A stretch of DNA of 64,000 nt. It comes from Candidatus Poribacteria bacterium. GTDB lineage: Bacteria; Poribacteria; WGA-4E; WGA-3G. Each line of letters begins with the position of its first letter. Positions within the stretch are counted from its first letter, which is position 1. The position numbers and the translations under genes were made by a program. Below are positions 50,299 to 60,456 of the stretch, piece by piece. Where the stretch lies: positions 576,001-640,000 of the forward strand of contig CAXXLX010000001.1 in the NCBI GenBank assembly GCA_963665235.2, in the 5' to 3' direction. The notes under the pieces are model-generated. The model searched no databases and was not told the origin of the DNA. It saw only the letters and a program-made list of their open reading frames with translations.

Positions 50299-50327
50299 TT
50301 GAAAAATTTAATAATTTCTTGTATAAT
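50299..50327 (+). promoter_or_regulatory. Sigma70-type promoter
   Basis: TTGAAA-17 nt-TATAAT with extended TG. Confidence 0.6.
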
Positions 50328-50433
50328 AAATTTATAATCCTATGAAAAATGGATTTGATACTTGTATGCGGGATTGGAAAAACGGACCCGCATCTAATAT
50401 CAAGTCAACTGTATACCTAAGGAGGTATTTACG

Positions 50434-51219
50434 ATGAAATCTGTGATGTATCTGTTCATGGTGCTTCTCCTTTTAGGGGGTGTTCTATCGACCCAAGCAG
50501 ACGTTAAAGACGACGGTTTAATTCTCTACTTTAGTTTCGATAATGAGAATGGCGGAAAGATTAAGGACGAAACCGGCGGCGGAAATGACGCTGAAATTAT
50601 TGCCAGGGCGGCAATAACAACCGACGAAAAAAAGTACGGCAGAGCCGCGTTGGAAATCAGAGACCAGAACGCTGATGTCCAAGTCCAATCTTTCAAAGAA
50701 TTGGAAACTTATCAGGATAATAGTTACCTCTTCTGGCTCTACTTCATTGAGGGTCATAACGGTTCCTGGAGCCAAATCATCGCGAAGAAAGCCCCTAATT
50801 CCGACCGCTCCCCCGGTATCTGGACATGCACGGGTTCCTTGAACATTCACTGGCGGTTCGAGCCCGGAAACCAGGGTACAGGCTGCGCCGGGCCGGGTGG
50901 AGAAGGCACCCAGTTTGAGCTAAAGAGATGGTATCACGTCGCCGGGATAAAACAGGGCGGAACACTAACATTTTATGTTGATGGCGAAGAAATTCAAACT
51001 AACCCTGTGCCAGCAGATCACCGGCAAGGCGGCGGGGTGCTGTATATCGGTAAAACAAACTACAGAGCCGCGACTTTTTATCTCGATGAACTTTACGTTT
51101 ACAACAGAGCACTAAAGGAGAATGAGGTTGCAACCGTGATGAAAGGCGATCTGCTTCCCGTCGAACCGAAGGATAAGCTTGCCATTAAGTGGGGACAATT
51201 GAAAACACGTCGACACTAA
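50434..51219 (+). CDS. Secreted LamG-like (concanavalin A fold) protein
   Basis: Signal peptide; LILYFSFD, WYHVA, FYVDG, DELYVYNRAL; C-terminal LPVEPKDKLAIKWGQLK. Confidence 0.9.
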   Translation: MKSVMYLFMVLLLLGGVLSTQADVKDDGLILYFSFDNENGGKIKDETGGGNDAEIIARAAITTDEKKYGRAALEIRDQNADVQVQSFKELETYQDNSYLFWLYFIEGHNGSWSQIIAKKAPNSDRSPGIWTCTGSLNIHWRFEPGNQGTGCAGPGGEGTQFELKRWYHVAGIKQGGTLTFYVDGEEIQTNPVPADHRQGGGVLYIGKTNYRAATFYLDELYVYNRALKENEVATVMKGDLLPVEPKDKLAIKWGQLKTRRH

Positions 51220-51294
51220 TTTCACAACAGAAATGTAGGGACAGCTTCTAGACTGTCCCTCTTTTCATTTTTATCAAAACGTAGGTTGAAAAAT

Positions 51295-52083
51295 ATGAAG
51301 AAAGGAATATGTATCGGGTCATTGCCCGGGGAATCAACCGCGGCAAGGTTTAAATTGGCAAAAGCAGCCGGATTCGATGGCGTGGAAATCGGAACATTAA
51401 GAAGCGACACGGAACGCACCGACATAAAGCAGATAGCAACCGATAACGGCATTGAGCTCTGTAGTGTGATGAACGGAAAACATTGGTCACACCCGCTTTC
51501 AGATTCCGACCCTTCCGTTCGGGAAGTTTCGCGTAACGCCATGCTCGATTCTTTGGCGACCGCTGAAGTTATAGGCGCAGATACAGTGCTGCTTGTCGCA
51601 GCTGTTGTCAATCCCAAGACCACTTATGAAGAGGCGTACCAACGTTCCCAAGAAGAAATTCGTAAACTGATTCCAACTGCGAAAGAAAAAGGACTGACGA
51701 TTGCGATAGAGAACGTCTGGAATAAATTCCTGCTGAGCCCAATGGAATTTTCGCGGTACCTAGACGAATTTGAGAGCGATGCAGTCGGTGCCTATTTTGA
51801 TGTCGGCAACATCGTGGCGTACGGTTTTCCACAGCACTGGATTCGTTCGCTCGGCTCGCGAATTTCTAAGGTGCATGTCAAAGGCTTCAACGCAGGCGAA
51901 CACCGCTGGACCTATTTGATTGAGGACTGCACAATCGATTGGAATGCTGTTATGACAGCCCTTGTGGATGTCGGATATGACGACTACATGACAGCAGAGC
52001 TGCCAGTCGGTCAGGATGACCCGGAAGGTACAGTGCATCAGATTAGCGAGGATATGAGCAAAATTATCGCTGGCGAAGTTTAA
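51295..52083 (+). CDS. Sugar-phosphate isomerase/epimerase (xylose isomerase-like TIM barrel)
   Basis: AGFDGVE, IENVWNKFLLSP, YFDVGN, VHVK. Confidence 0.9.
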   Translation: MKKGICIGSLPGESTAARFKLAKAAGFDGVEIGTLRSDTERTDIKQIATDNGIELCSVMNGKHWSHPLSDSDPSVREVSRNAMLDSLATAEVIGADTVLLVAAVVNPKTTYEEAYQRSQEEIRKLIPTAKEKGLTIAIENVWNKFLLSPMEFSRYLDEFESDAVGAYFDVGNIVAYGFPQHWIRSLGSRISKVHVKGFNAGEHRWTYLIEDCTIDWNAVMTALVDVGYDDYMTAELPVGQDDPEGTVHQISEDMSKIIAGEV

Positions 52084-52098
52084 GTAAACCTGAACGCA

Positions 52099-52890
52099 AT
52101 GGAAATTATCATTCAACCCACTTATCAGCAGCTTGCAGCTATTGCAGCAGAAATCGTTAGGGACGCGCTTATCAGAAAGCCGGACCTCGTCTTAGGGCTT
52201 GCCACCGGGAGTACACCGATAGGACTTTACAACACACTCGTCCGTATGCACAAGGAGGAGGGGCTCGATTTTTCAGAGGTCATTACCTTTAACCTAGACG
52301 AGTATGTCGGCATTCCGCATGACCATCCGCAAAGTTATCACACCTTCATGGCGAAACATTTTTTCGACCATGTCAACATTCCCGTAGCGAATCAGTATAT
52401 CCCGCAGAATACGGTGGCGAACCATGAGGCGTTCTGTCAAGCGTATGAAGACGCAATTGTTTCCGCCGGGGGGATTGATATCCAGGTGCTAGGGCTTGGG
52501 CTGGATGGACATATCGGTTTTAACGAGCCGAGTTCGTCCTTAACCTCCCGGACGCGCGTTAAAACCTTGACGCAAAGTACGCTTGTAGCGAATTCGGTGC
52601 ATTTTGGTGGAGACATCGCCGCGGTACCGAAGATGGCAATTACGATAGGAATCGGCACGATTATGGAGGCACGGCAGTGTCTGCTCCTGGCTTATGGTGA
52701 TTCCAAAGCAGGACCAATTGCACAAGCTGTGGAGGGGCCGATAACAGCATCGGTGCCAGCGTCAATTTTGCAGATGCACCCGCAGACAGTTGTTTTAATT
52801 GACGAAGCAGCAGCTTCACAATTGAAACGTGTGGATTACTACAAACAAGCTTACGCGAATAAACTGAAGTTGTTGTCTACGTCTACATAG
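52099..52890 (+). CDS. nagB: Glucosamine-6-phosphate deaminase
   Basis: LGLATGSTP, TFNLDEY, GHIGFNEP, PASILQMH. Confidence 0.95.
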   Translation: MEIIIQPTYQQLAAIAAEIVRDALIRKPDLVLGLATGSTPIGLYNTLVRMHKEEGLDFSEVITFNLDEYVGIPHDHPQSYHTFMAKHFFDHVNIPVANQYIPQNTVANHEAFCQAYEDAIVSAGGIDIQVLGLGLDGHIGFNEPSSSLTSRTRVKTLTQSTLVANSVHFGGDIAAVPKMAITIGIGTIMEARQCLLLAYGDSKAGPIAQAVEGPITASVPASILQMHPQTVVLIDEAAASQLKRVDYYKQAYANKLKLLSTST

Positions 52891-52910
52891 AGCCAGCCGC
52901 GTATTAGCAC

Positions 52911-54359
52911 TTAAGTGACCCCACCGTTATCCTCATCGTCACACAGACCGTATTCTTTGACTTTACGTTGGATTGTTCTCCGGCTGATTTCAAGGATTTT
53001 GGCTGCTTTTGCTTTGTTATTATCCACATATTCCAACGTAGCGCGGAGAACTTCCCGGTTAACCTCATCAAGCGACATGCCGATTGCAATGTTGAGCTGC
53101 GGTTCGCCCGGGGCCATGGAGTCAAGTGTCCGAAGGGTTGGAACTGAAGATATATTAGTATTCACTGCATCCGTTGTTTTAAGGATGCGCTCGGGAAGAG
53201 CAGCTAATTCTAAGCTAGGTTGCGTTGACATAACGACGAGCCCCTCAATGCAGTTTTTCAGTTCACGCACATTTCCGGGCCAATCGTATTTCATTAAGGC
53301 CCGTATCGCTTCAGGCGGAAGCGTTCTCAAGGATTTTCCATTCTCCTTACAAAATTCTTCAAGAAAATCTTTGACCAGCAGCGGGATGTCCTCAATACGC
53401 TCCTGAAGTGTCGGGAGGTTAATAGAAACAACGTTCAGCCGGTCGTAAAGGTCCGGTAGGAATGCCCCGTTGCTGCAGGCGGCTTCCAGGTCATGATTGG
53501 TTGCACAGACGATGCGTACGTCGACCTGAATCGTCTTATCTCCGCCGACGCGCTCAAATTCGCGTTCCTCAAGGACGCGCAGGAGCCGGGCTTGATTGGC
53601 GAGGCTGAGCTGCGAGACTTCATCCAGGAAGAGCGTCCCGCCGTGAGCAAGTTCAAATCTCCCTTTGCGTTGATAATAGGCACCACTGAATGCACCACGC
53701 TCATGCCCGAAGAGTTCCGATTCAGCGAGGTTTTCATTGAGTGTGGCACAATTAAACGCAATTAGACTCCCCTGCCGGAGACTCCGATGGTGAATAGCAC
53801 GGGCAACTAACTCTTTGCCGGTCCCCCGGGCACCGTAAATCATAACTGTTGCCTTCGTCGGTGCAATCTGGGTAATCATCTCCCGTATATGCATGAGTTG
53901 CGGCGATTTACCGGTTAGGCGACAGAGCCCCTCATTTGCATCAATTTGGGATTGGAGTTGACGATTCTCAAGCGTCAACCGTTGGCTCTGAAGCGTTTTC
54001 TGTAGAAGTGCTTTCAGGTGAACAGGATTCAGCGGTTTCGGAAGAAAATAGGTGCCTTCATGGGCGAACATCGCCTTGATACCGATATCCGTTTCCAAAA
54101 CGTTCAGCTCCGTAATGAAAATAATCCCAGCATCCGGATGGTGTCGGGTAGCAACTTCTAATAGGGCTAACCCATCAATCCGGTCGGCTTTCAGCGGTGC
54201 AATCAGGATGTCCATCTTCAGATGCTCAATCTGATGGAACGCTTGATACATGTTGCGTATGGCAATCAGATTATGTCCCTCCGCGCTAAGGGCGTGGCAG
54301 ATAATTTCGCATTGCCGCGGGTCAGAATGTACAATCATCACGTTTTTCTGCATATCCAT
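52911..54359 (-). CDS. Sigma54-dependent (NtrC/Fis family) activator with atypical receiver
   Basis: GTGKELVARAIH, ESELFGHERGAFSGA, LFLDEV, WPGNVREL, HTH. Confidence 0.92.
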   Translation of the reverse strand: MDMQKNVMIVHSDPRQCEIICHALSAEGHNLIAIRNMYQAFHQIEHLKMDILIAPLKADRIDGLALLEVATRHHPDAGIIFITELNVLETDIGIKAMFAHEGTYFLPKPLNPVHLKALLQKTLQSQRLTLENRQLQSQIDANEGLCRLTGKSPQLMHIREMITQIAPTKATVMIYGARGTGKELVARAIHHRSLRQGSLIAFNCATLNENLAESELFGHERGAFSGAYYQRKGRFELAHGGTLFLDEVSQLSLANQARLLRVLEEREFERVGGDKTIQVDVRIVCATNHDLEAACSNGAFLPDLYDRLNVVSINLPTLQERIEDIPLLVKDFLEEFCKENGKSLRTLPPEAIRALMKYDWPGNVRELKNCIEGLVVMSTQPSLELAALPERILKTTDAVNTNISSVPTLRTLDSMAPGEPQLNIAIGMSLDEVNREVLRATLEYVDNNKAKAAKILEISRRTIQRKVKEYGLCDDEDNGGVT

Positions 54360-54367
54360 GTATATCC

Positions 54368-54829
54368 TTAAGAAATAAATTCTAACTGCTTCCGAACAAT
54401 CTGACTAACTAAACCGTTATCCGCCTTGCCACGCACCTGCGGAATCAGTTTACCCATCACCTTTCCCATATCCCGTATTGAGGTGGCACCTAACTCGTTA
54501 ATGACGTTGGTCGCCAGTTCTGTGATTTCTGGCTCGGAGAGTTGCGGTGGGAGAAACTGTGCCAACACCTCAATTTGCTGAGATTCCATCTCAATGAGTT
54601 CCGTGCGGTCGCTGTCTTTTAATTGGGCGATAACCTCTCTCCGCTTTTTTATCTGGTTCGCGATGATTTCTAGCACACCCGCATCATCTAACGGTTTCCG
54701 TAGCTCAATTTCTTTATCCCGAATTGCACTGCGGACCATCCGAATTGCTGCCAATCGGGATTTGTCTCGCGCCTTCATTGCCTGTTTCATTGCGTTTGTT
54801 AATTGCTCTTGAAGTGTTGCTATTGCCAT
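54368..54829 (-). CDS. GatB/YqeY domain protein
   Basis: MKQAMKARDK, FLPPQLSE, DMGKVMG. Confidence 0.92.
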   Translation of the reverse strand: MAIATLQEQLTNAMKQAMKARDKSRLAAIRMVRSAIRDKEIELRKPLDDAGVLEIIANQIKKRREVIAQLKDSDRTELIEMESQQIEVLAQFLPPQLSEPEITELATNVINELGATSIRDMGKVMGKLIPQVRGKADNGLVSQIVRKQLEFIS

Positions 54830-54856
54830 AAGATTTTCCTTTTTTTCTCTAGATTT

Positions 54857-55324
54857 ACCTAAGTTGCCACATAGTAGCATAATCTTCCAGATTGTGCATA
54901 TTTGTGTGCGAATTGGAAGGGAACGGGACAAATATTACCTAATTATCAGCATATTTTCAGTAAAGACGGTGTTTCCAAGTCTAAAAACTTATAAGTAGCA
55001 ACTTGGGTAGATTTACCTAAGTTGCCACATAGTAGCATAATCTTCCAGATTGTGCATATTTGTGTGCGAATTGGAAGGGAACGGGACAAATATTACCTAA
55101 TTATCAGCATATTTTCAGTAAAGACGGTGTTTCCAAGTCTAAAAACTTATAAGTAGCAACTTGGGTAGATTTACCTAAGTTGCCACATAGTAGCATAATC
55201 TTCCAGATTGTGCATATTTGTGTGCGAATTGGAAGGGAACGGGACAAATATTACCTAATTATCAGCATATTTTCAGTAAAGACGGTGTTTCCAAGTCTAA
55301 AAACTTATAAGTAGCAACTTGGGT
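54857..55324. mobile_element. Head-to-tail triple of the 152-bp family A MITE (period 158)
   Basis: Copies start at 54857, 55015 and 55173; TSD TAGATTT on both flanks. Confidence 0.9.
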
Positions 55325-55500
55325 TAGATTTGCTCAATGTTCCTTCCAATAGATTATAACCTATACGATTGTAATTTGTCAATCGGAATTAATTCTGGAA
55401 ATAAATGTGGATTAAAATAGTGAACGGTGGTATAATACTATACATGTAAAATTGTCTGGTCAAAATTATTCAACTGTTTTTGGGAGAGATTTTTATCAAA

Positions 55501-56094
55501 ATGGACGATAACAATTTAAAAAAACTATATATAGCTGGCGGCATAACCGGAATTATAAGTGGTGTCCTTATGGCATTCACAAGTTATTGGTTTGCTTTCC
55601 AGGAGGGGCACTATGGCATTGTACACGGTATCGGGGTGCCGATGCTTATCTTACTTGTCCCGACGCTCCTCGCTTTGTCCAAATTACTCATCGGAGAAGC
55701 GAGAACGAGAACGCTCTTAGGCGCAACGTTTGCAGCACTCTGGATTGTGTTGGAACTGATAGCGCGCTGCGCTCAGACAGCCCCAATGGCGACGTTCTAT
55801 AATCTTGCAGATGAAATAGGGGCGATTGAGCAGGTATGGAAGGAATGGATAGAGGCACTGATGTACCTTAGCGCGTTCCTCTTTGCCGTTATGGCGTTCT
55901 GTTACGGGCTTGCTCTCCGTTCCTGGGGAAATGCCATTTCTGGCTACCTGTTCCTATTTGCTGCTATCGTTTTTCCAGTTACATTTTATCATAGCGCCCT
56001 GCATCTTGCGATTCGGAGCCTTGCATTCCTATTTCTCGGCGGGGTACTGATACAGCGGGCTAGTACAACAGAGGAGGATGAGTGGCCAACCTGA
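55501..56094 (+). CDS. Hypothetical integral membrane protein
   Basis: About six hydrophobic segments. Confidence 0.75.
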   Translation: MDDNNLKKLYIAGGITGIISGVLMAFTSYWFAFQEGHYGIVHGIGVPMLILLVPTLLALSKLLIGEARTRTLLGATFAALWIVLELIARCAQTAPMATFYNLADEIGAIEQVWKEWIEALMYLSAFLFAVMAFCYGLALRSWGNAISGYLFLFAAIVFPVTFYHSALHLAIRSLAFLFLGGVLIQRASTTEEDEWPT

Positions 56095-56162
56095 CATCAG
56101 GAAACCCTATTGCAGTAAAACCCCCAGTGTGATTGCTATGACCTCCGCCATTAATGGATGCG

Positions 56163-56990
56163 CTACGGCATGTTTATCTCGTCAGAGGGTTCTGTCCGCT
56201 CTTCCGACATGTCGTCATCATTTAGCAACCGCTCCAACTCTGCTAATAGGTCTGTGTCCTCCTCTTCATCCGCCTCTTCATCGATGTGTGCGTCGGGTTC
56301 GGTGCCGAGTGAAGCCAAATCGGCGCGGAATTCTATGAGGTTGCTGAGATAACGTTCCCGGGTGATATTTTCCGCTTCCTCCTGTTCCTCGCGTAAACAT
56401 TCGCCACAGAACGCGCCAATCTGCTGTATGCCCGCGTCAATTTGTTGTAAGGCTGCGGCTGTGTCATTCTCTTCTAAACGCAACTTCGCTTTGGCAATGC
56501 TGTTCATCATAAGCATATAACCTTTATATTGATAGCTCTGCCAAGCGATTTCTGCGGGCGCGCATTCGTACGCAAAATCGGTTACAGCAAGATTCATGTC
56601 CGTATCCCGGGCGACATCTGCCCACCTTTTAATCCCCGCGAACAGAAGATACCGGGTATATCGATGGAAAGATTCGTCAAACATGAGCTCCCATTCGTCA
56701 ACACTCAATTCAAACCCTTCGCGGGTACCATGCTGCTCCTGATATGTTTCCAGCTTTCCGAAAAAATAATCGAAATAGGAATCCATACCGTGCGGACGCG
56801 CCCCATCGGGCCGGCCCGTGGCATAAATACGTGAGACAGTAAAAACATTCGGTTGCAAGATAATTACTTCCCTGCCATCCTCAATTTCTAAAACCCGAAC
56901 GGGATGCTCCATGTCAATATTTAGAACCTGAAAGATTCTATCGAGGGCTTGCACCCAGCGGGTATTTCTTTCAATAGACTGATGTGCCAT
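56163..56990 (-). CDS. Conserved hypothetical protein with acidic tail
   Basis: GRPDGARPHG and RDT..NL motifs; AAAGGA RBS. Confidence 0.75.
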   Translation of the reverse strand: MAHQSIERNTRWVQALDRIFQVLNIDMEHPVRVLEIEDGREVIILQPNVFTVSRIYATGRPDGARPHGMDSYFDYFFGKLETYQEQHGTREGFELSVDEWELMFDESFHRYTRYLLFAGIKRWADVARDTDMNLAVTDFAYECAPAEIAWQSYQYKGYMLMMNSIAKAKLRLEENDTAAALQQIDAGIQQIGAFCGECLREEQEEAENITRERYLSNLIEFRADLASLGTEPDAHIDEEADEEEDTDLLAELERLLNDDDMSEERTEPSDEINMP

Positions 56991-57078
56991 TTTTTATCCT
57001 TTTCTATGGTATATTTACCACATTATACCAAAGGTGTCTTCTTTCTACAATACTTTTGTTTATAGTAAAGCTTTGGTA

Positions 57079-60000
57079 TTAATTGTAGTAATCTTGAAGC
57101 GGTTTGACAGAAATCTCTCCGCTCTGTAACGCGTCAATAGCACTAACCGCTGCCGCAGCACCGGGAATAGTTGAGAAGATGGGAATATCATGCTCTATTG
57201 CCATTTGACGGATGAGCAGCTCGTTGGGCCGGTGCAAATCCCCTGTTGGTGTATTGATAATAAGGTCGACAGCGTGATTTTTGATATAGTCATGAATCGT
57301 CGGTCTCCCTTTTCCGATGCTATAGACAAGTTCAACATCCATGCCGTTACGGAGCAGGACTTTCGCAGTACCGTGGGTAGCGATAAGCTTGAACCCCATG
57401 TCGATGAGTTTTTTGGCAATGAAAATCACCGCACGCTTATCTTTGTTGCGTACACTGATAAAGGCGTTGCCGGTGAGCGGTAACGTATAACCGCACGCTT
57501 TTTGCGCCTTGGCAAACGCCCGCGAGACATCATCATCTATTCCCATAACTTCGCCTGTGGATTTCATTTCAGGCCCGAGCCGGGAGTTCGCCCCAGGAAA
57601 TCGATTGAATGGGAAGACAGGTGCTTTGACGTTGAAATAGGCGGGTATAATTTCGTCAGTAAACCCAAGTTCCGGAAGCGTTTTACCTGCCATCACGCGA
57701 GCCGCCAATTTTGCCAGAGGCACACCGATAGCCTTGCTCACAAATGGAATCGTCCGAGATGCACGCGGATTCACCTCTAAGACGTAAATGTCATCGTTCT
57801 TAATTGCGTATTGCACGTTCATCAACCCCCGAACCCGCAGAGCATTCGCAAGGGAGTAGGTATATTCCTTAAGACGTTCAATCTGCTCATCTACCAATGT
57901 ATAGGGCGGAAGCACACAGTCGCTGTCCCCAGAGTGCACACCTGCTTCCTCAATGTGTTCCATGATACCGCCGATGACAGTAAGCGTTCCATCGGAGATG
58001 GCATCAACATCGACCTCAATTGCCTCCTCAAGGTATTTGTCAATAAGCACTGGGTGTTCAGGTGATGCTTGGACAGCGGAGTGCATATATTCTTGGAGAC
58101 GTTCCCGGTCGTAAACGATTTGCATGGCGCGTCCGCCTAGAACGTAGGAGGGACGGACAATCACGGGGTAGCCGAGTGCCTCAGCAATAGGTGCCGCTTC
58201 ATCAGTAGAGGTTGCAGTACCGTTTGGCGGTTGCATCAGTCCGATATCATCCAGCACCTCTTTGAAAAGTCGCCGGTCTTCGGAGCGGGCGATATCTTCA
58301 GGACTTGTGCCAATAATCGGTACACCCGCCGCTTTTAGCGGTAGCGCAAGGTTTAGCGGAGTCTGCCCACCGAACTGAACGATAACCCCAGAGGGCCGCT
58401 CCTTGTCGAAGATATTCAGAACATCTTCACACGTCAACGGTTCAAAATAGAGCCTATCAGATGTGTCGTAATCGGTGCTCACCGTTTCAGGGTTGCTATT
58501 TACCATGATGGTTTCATAACCATCTGCCTTGAGTGCCATGGCGGCGTGTACGCAACAGTAATCAAATTCTATGCCTTGCCCGATTCGGTTGGGCCCGCCG
58601 CCCAATATCATGATTTTCTCTCTATCTGTTTGGCGGACTTCATCCTCGGTGGAACAGGTTGAATAGTAGTAAGGGGTCTCCGCTTCAAATTCCGCTGCAC
58701 AGGTATCGACAGTTTTGAAGGTTGCCTCAATACCGAGGGTTTTGCGTGTGGCTCGTATGACATCTTCTGGCATGTCATAAATTTCAGCGAGCTGCCGGTC
58801 TGAAAATCCCAGCTGTTTTGCCTGCCGAAGGAGTGGCGAAATAGTAGGCGGAAAGACAGACGGTTCAGCCTGTTTTTCCTCTGCCCCCCCTTTATCCTCG
58901 CGCAGGCGGGGGGGACAGGCTTTGACAGTTTCTGCTATTAATTGCTTTGTGTCCGGTGTGGACAATACCTTTTCAAAATTAACAATCTCTTGGAGATTGT
59001 ACAGAAAAAACGGGTCGATTTGTGTATAGCCGTAAATCTCCTCAATGCTCATCCCACGTTTGAGCGCGGATTTGATGTAAAAGAGACGTTCAACGTTCGG
59101 TATTCTTAATTTACTTGGAAGCTCGGAGCGCGGCAAATCTTGGAGCGGGTGGTTATCGAAACCGAACCAGCCGGTTTCTAAGGAACGCAAACCTTTCTGA
59201 AGTGCCTCCTTAAATGTTCTGCCGATAGACATCGCCTCCCCTACCGATTTCATCTGTGTTGTCAGTGTTTCATCGGTGCCCTGAAACTTTTCAAACGCCC
59301 ACCTCGGTATTTTGACGACAACGTAATCTATAGTCGGTTCGAAGCAGGCAGGGGTTTCCGCGGTAATATCGTTCGGAATTTCGTCCAAGTTATAACCGAC
59401 CGCTAACTTCGCTGCAATTTTCGCGATTGGAAACCCTGTCGCTTTTGAGGCGAGCGCGGAGCTGCGGGAGACACGCGGGTTCATCTCTATCACAACCTGC
59501 TCACCTGTCTGCGGATGCACAGCAAACTGGATATTGGAACCACCTGTATCTACACCGATTTCACGAATAATTTTTATGGCGGAATCGCGCATCAACTGAT
59601 ATTCTTTGTCTGTTAATGTTTGGATAGGCGCAACGGTAATACTGTCCCCAGTGTGAACGCCCATCGGGTCTACGTTTTCAATGGAGCAGATAATCACGAC
59701 GTTGTCTGCCCCGTCACGCATCACCTCTAACTCAAATTCTTTCCAACCGATGACAGATTCTTCGATAAGCAATTCGCTGATTGGGCTTAAGGCGAGGCCA
59801 GCCGTGACCATCCTCCGGTATTCCTCAATATTGTAGGCAATGCCGCCGCCTGTCCCACCCAGTGTGAACGCAGGACGGATGATTGCGGGAAAACCGATTT
59901 CATCAACAAGGGCAACCGCCTCCTCTACCGAATGTGCAATGCCACTCTTGGGCACCGCCAAACCGATTTTCTGCATCGCCTGTTTGAAGAGCGCGCGGTC

Positions 60001-60390
60001 CTCCGCCTTCTGAATAGCGGGCAGTTTGGCACCAATCAGTTCAACCCCGTATCTATCCAGGACACCGGACTCCGCCAATTCAACCGAAACGTTTAGAGCG
60101 GTTTGACCGCCTAATGTAGGTAATAACGCTTGGGGTCGCTCTTTTTCTATAACCAACGTAACGGTATCCGCTGTAATCGGTTCTATGTATGTCCGGTCGG
60201 CGAAATCGGGGTCGGTCATAATTGTCGCAGGGTTGCTGTTGACAAGTACAATCTGATACCCCTCCTCTTTGAGGGCTTTGCATGCTTGTGTTCCGGAGTA
60301 ATCAAACTCGCATGCCTGCCCGATGATAATCGCACCGGAACCGATAATTAAGATTTTTTGTATATCTGTTCGTTTTGGCAATTGAATCAC
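57079..60390 (-). CDS. carB: Carbamoyl-phosphate synthase large subunit
   Basis: [33 protein letters not shown]. Confidence 0.97.
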   Translation of the reverse strand: MIQLPKRTDIQKILIIGSGAIIIGQACEFDYSGTQACKALKEEGYQIVLVNSNPATIMTDPDFADRTYIEPITADTVTLVIEKERPQALLPTLGGQTALNVSVELAESGVLDRYGVELIGAKLPAIQKAEDRALFKQAMQKIGLAVPKSGIAHSVEEAVALVDEIGFPAIIRPAFTLGGTGGGIAYNIEEYRRMVTAGLALSPISELLIEESVIGWKEFELEVMRDGADNVVIICSIENVDPMGVHTGDSITVAPIQTLTDKEYQLMRDSAIKIIREIGVDTGGSNIQFAVHPQTGEQVVIEMNPRVSRSSALASKATGFPIAKIAAKLAVGYNLDEIPNDITAETPACFEPTIDYVVVKIPRWAFEKFQGTDETLTTQMKSVGEAMSIGRTFKEALQKGLRSLETGWFGFDNHPLQDLPRSELPSKLRIPNVERLFYIKSALKRGMSIEEIYGYTQIDPFFLYNLQEIVNFEKVLSTPDTKQLIAETVKACPPRLREDKGGAEEKQAEPSVFPPTISPLLRQAKQLGFSDRQLAEIYDMPEDVIRATRKTLGIEATFKTVDTCAAEFEAETPYYYSTCSTEDEVRQTDREKIMILGGGPNRIGQGIEFDYCCVHAAMALKADGYETIMVNSNPETVSTDYDTSDRLYFEPLTCEDVLNIFDKERPSGVIVQFGGQTPLNLALPLKAAGVPIIGTSPEDIARSEDRRLFKEVLDDIGLMQPPNGTATSTDEAAPIAEALGYPVIVRPSYVLGGRAMQIVYDRERLQEYMHSAVQASPEHPVLIDKYLEEAIEVDVDAISDGTLTVIGGIMEHIEEAGVHSGDSDCVLPPYTLVDEQIERLKEYTYSLANALRVRGLMNVQYAIKNDDIYVLEVNPRASRTIPFVSKAIGVPLAKLAARVMAGKTLPELGFTDEIIPAYFNVKAPVFPFNRFPGANSRLGPEMKSTGEVMGIDDDVSRAFAKAQKACGYTLPLTGNAFISVRNKDKRAVIFIAKKLIDMGFKLIATHGTAKVLLRNGMDVELVYSIGKGRPTIHDYIKNHAVDLIINTPTGDLHRPNELLIRQMAIEHDIPIFSTIPGAAAAVSAIDALQSGEISVKPLQDYYN

Positions 60391-60456
60391 TAGCCTCCGC
60401 TCGCCTACTGCCCATTGTTACAGGCGGGTTTGTGTCTAATTTGATAGATTACGCTT

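Noticed and set aside
54830-54931. N-terminal extension of YqeY (187-aa ORF)
   Set aside because: The extension comes from MITE sequence; the ATG at 54829 has its own RBS.
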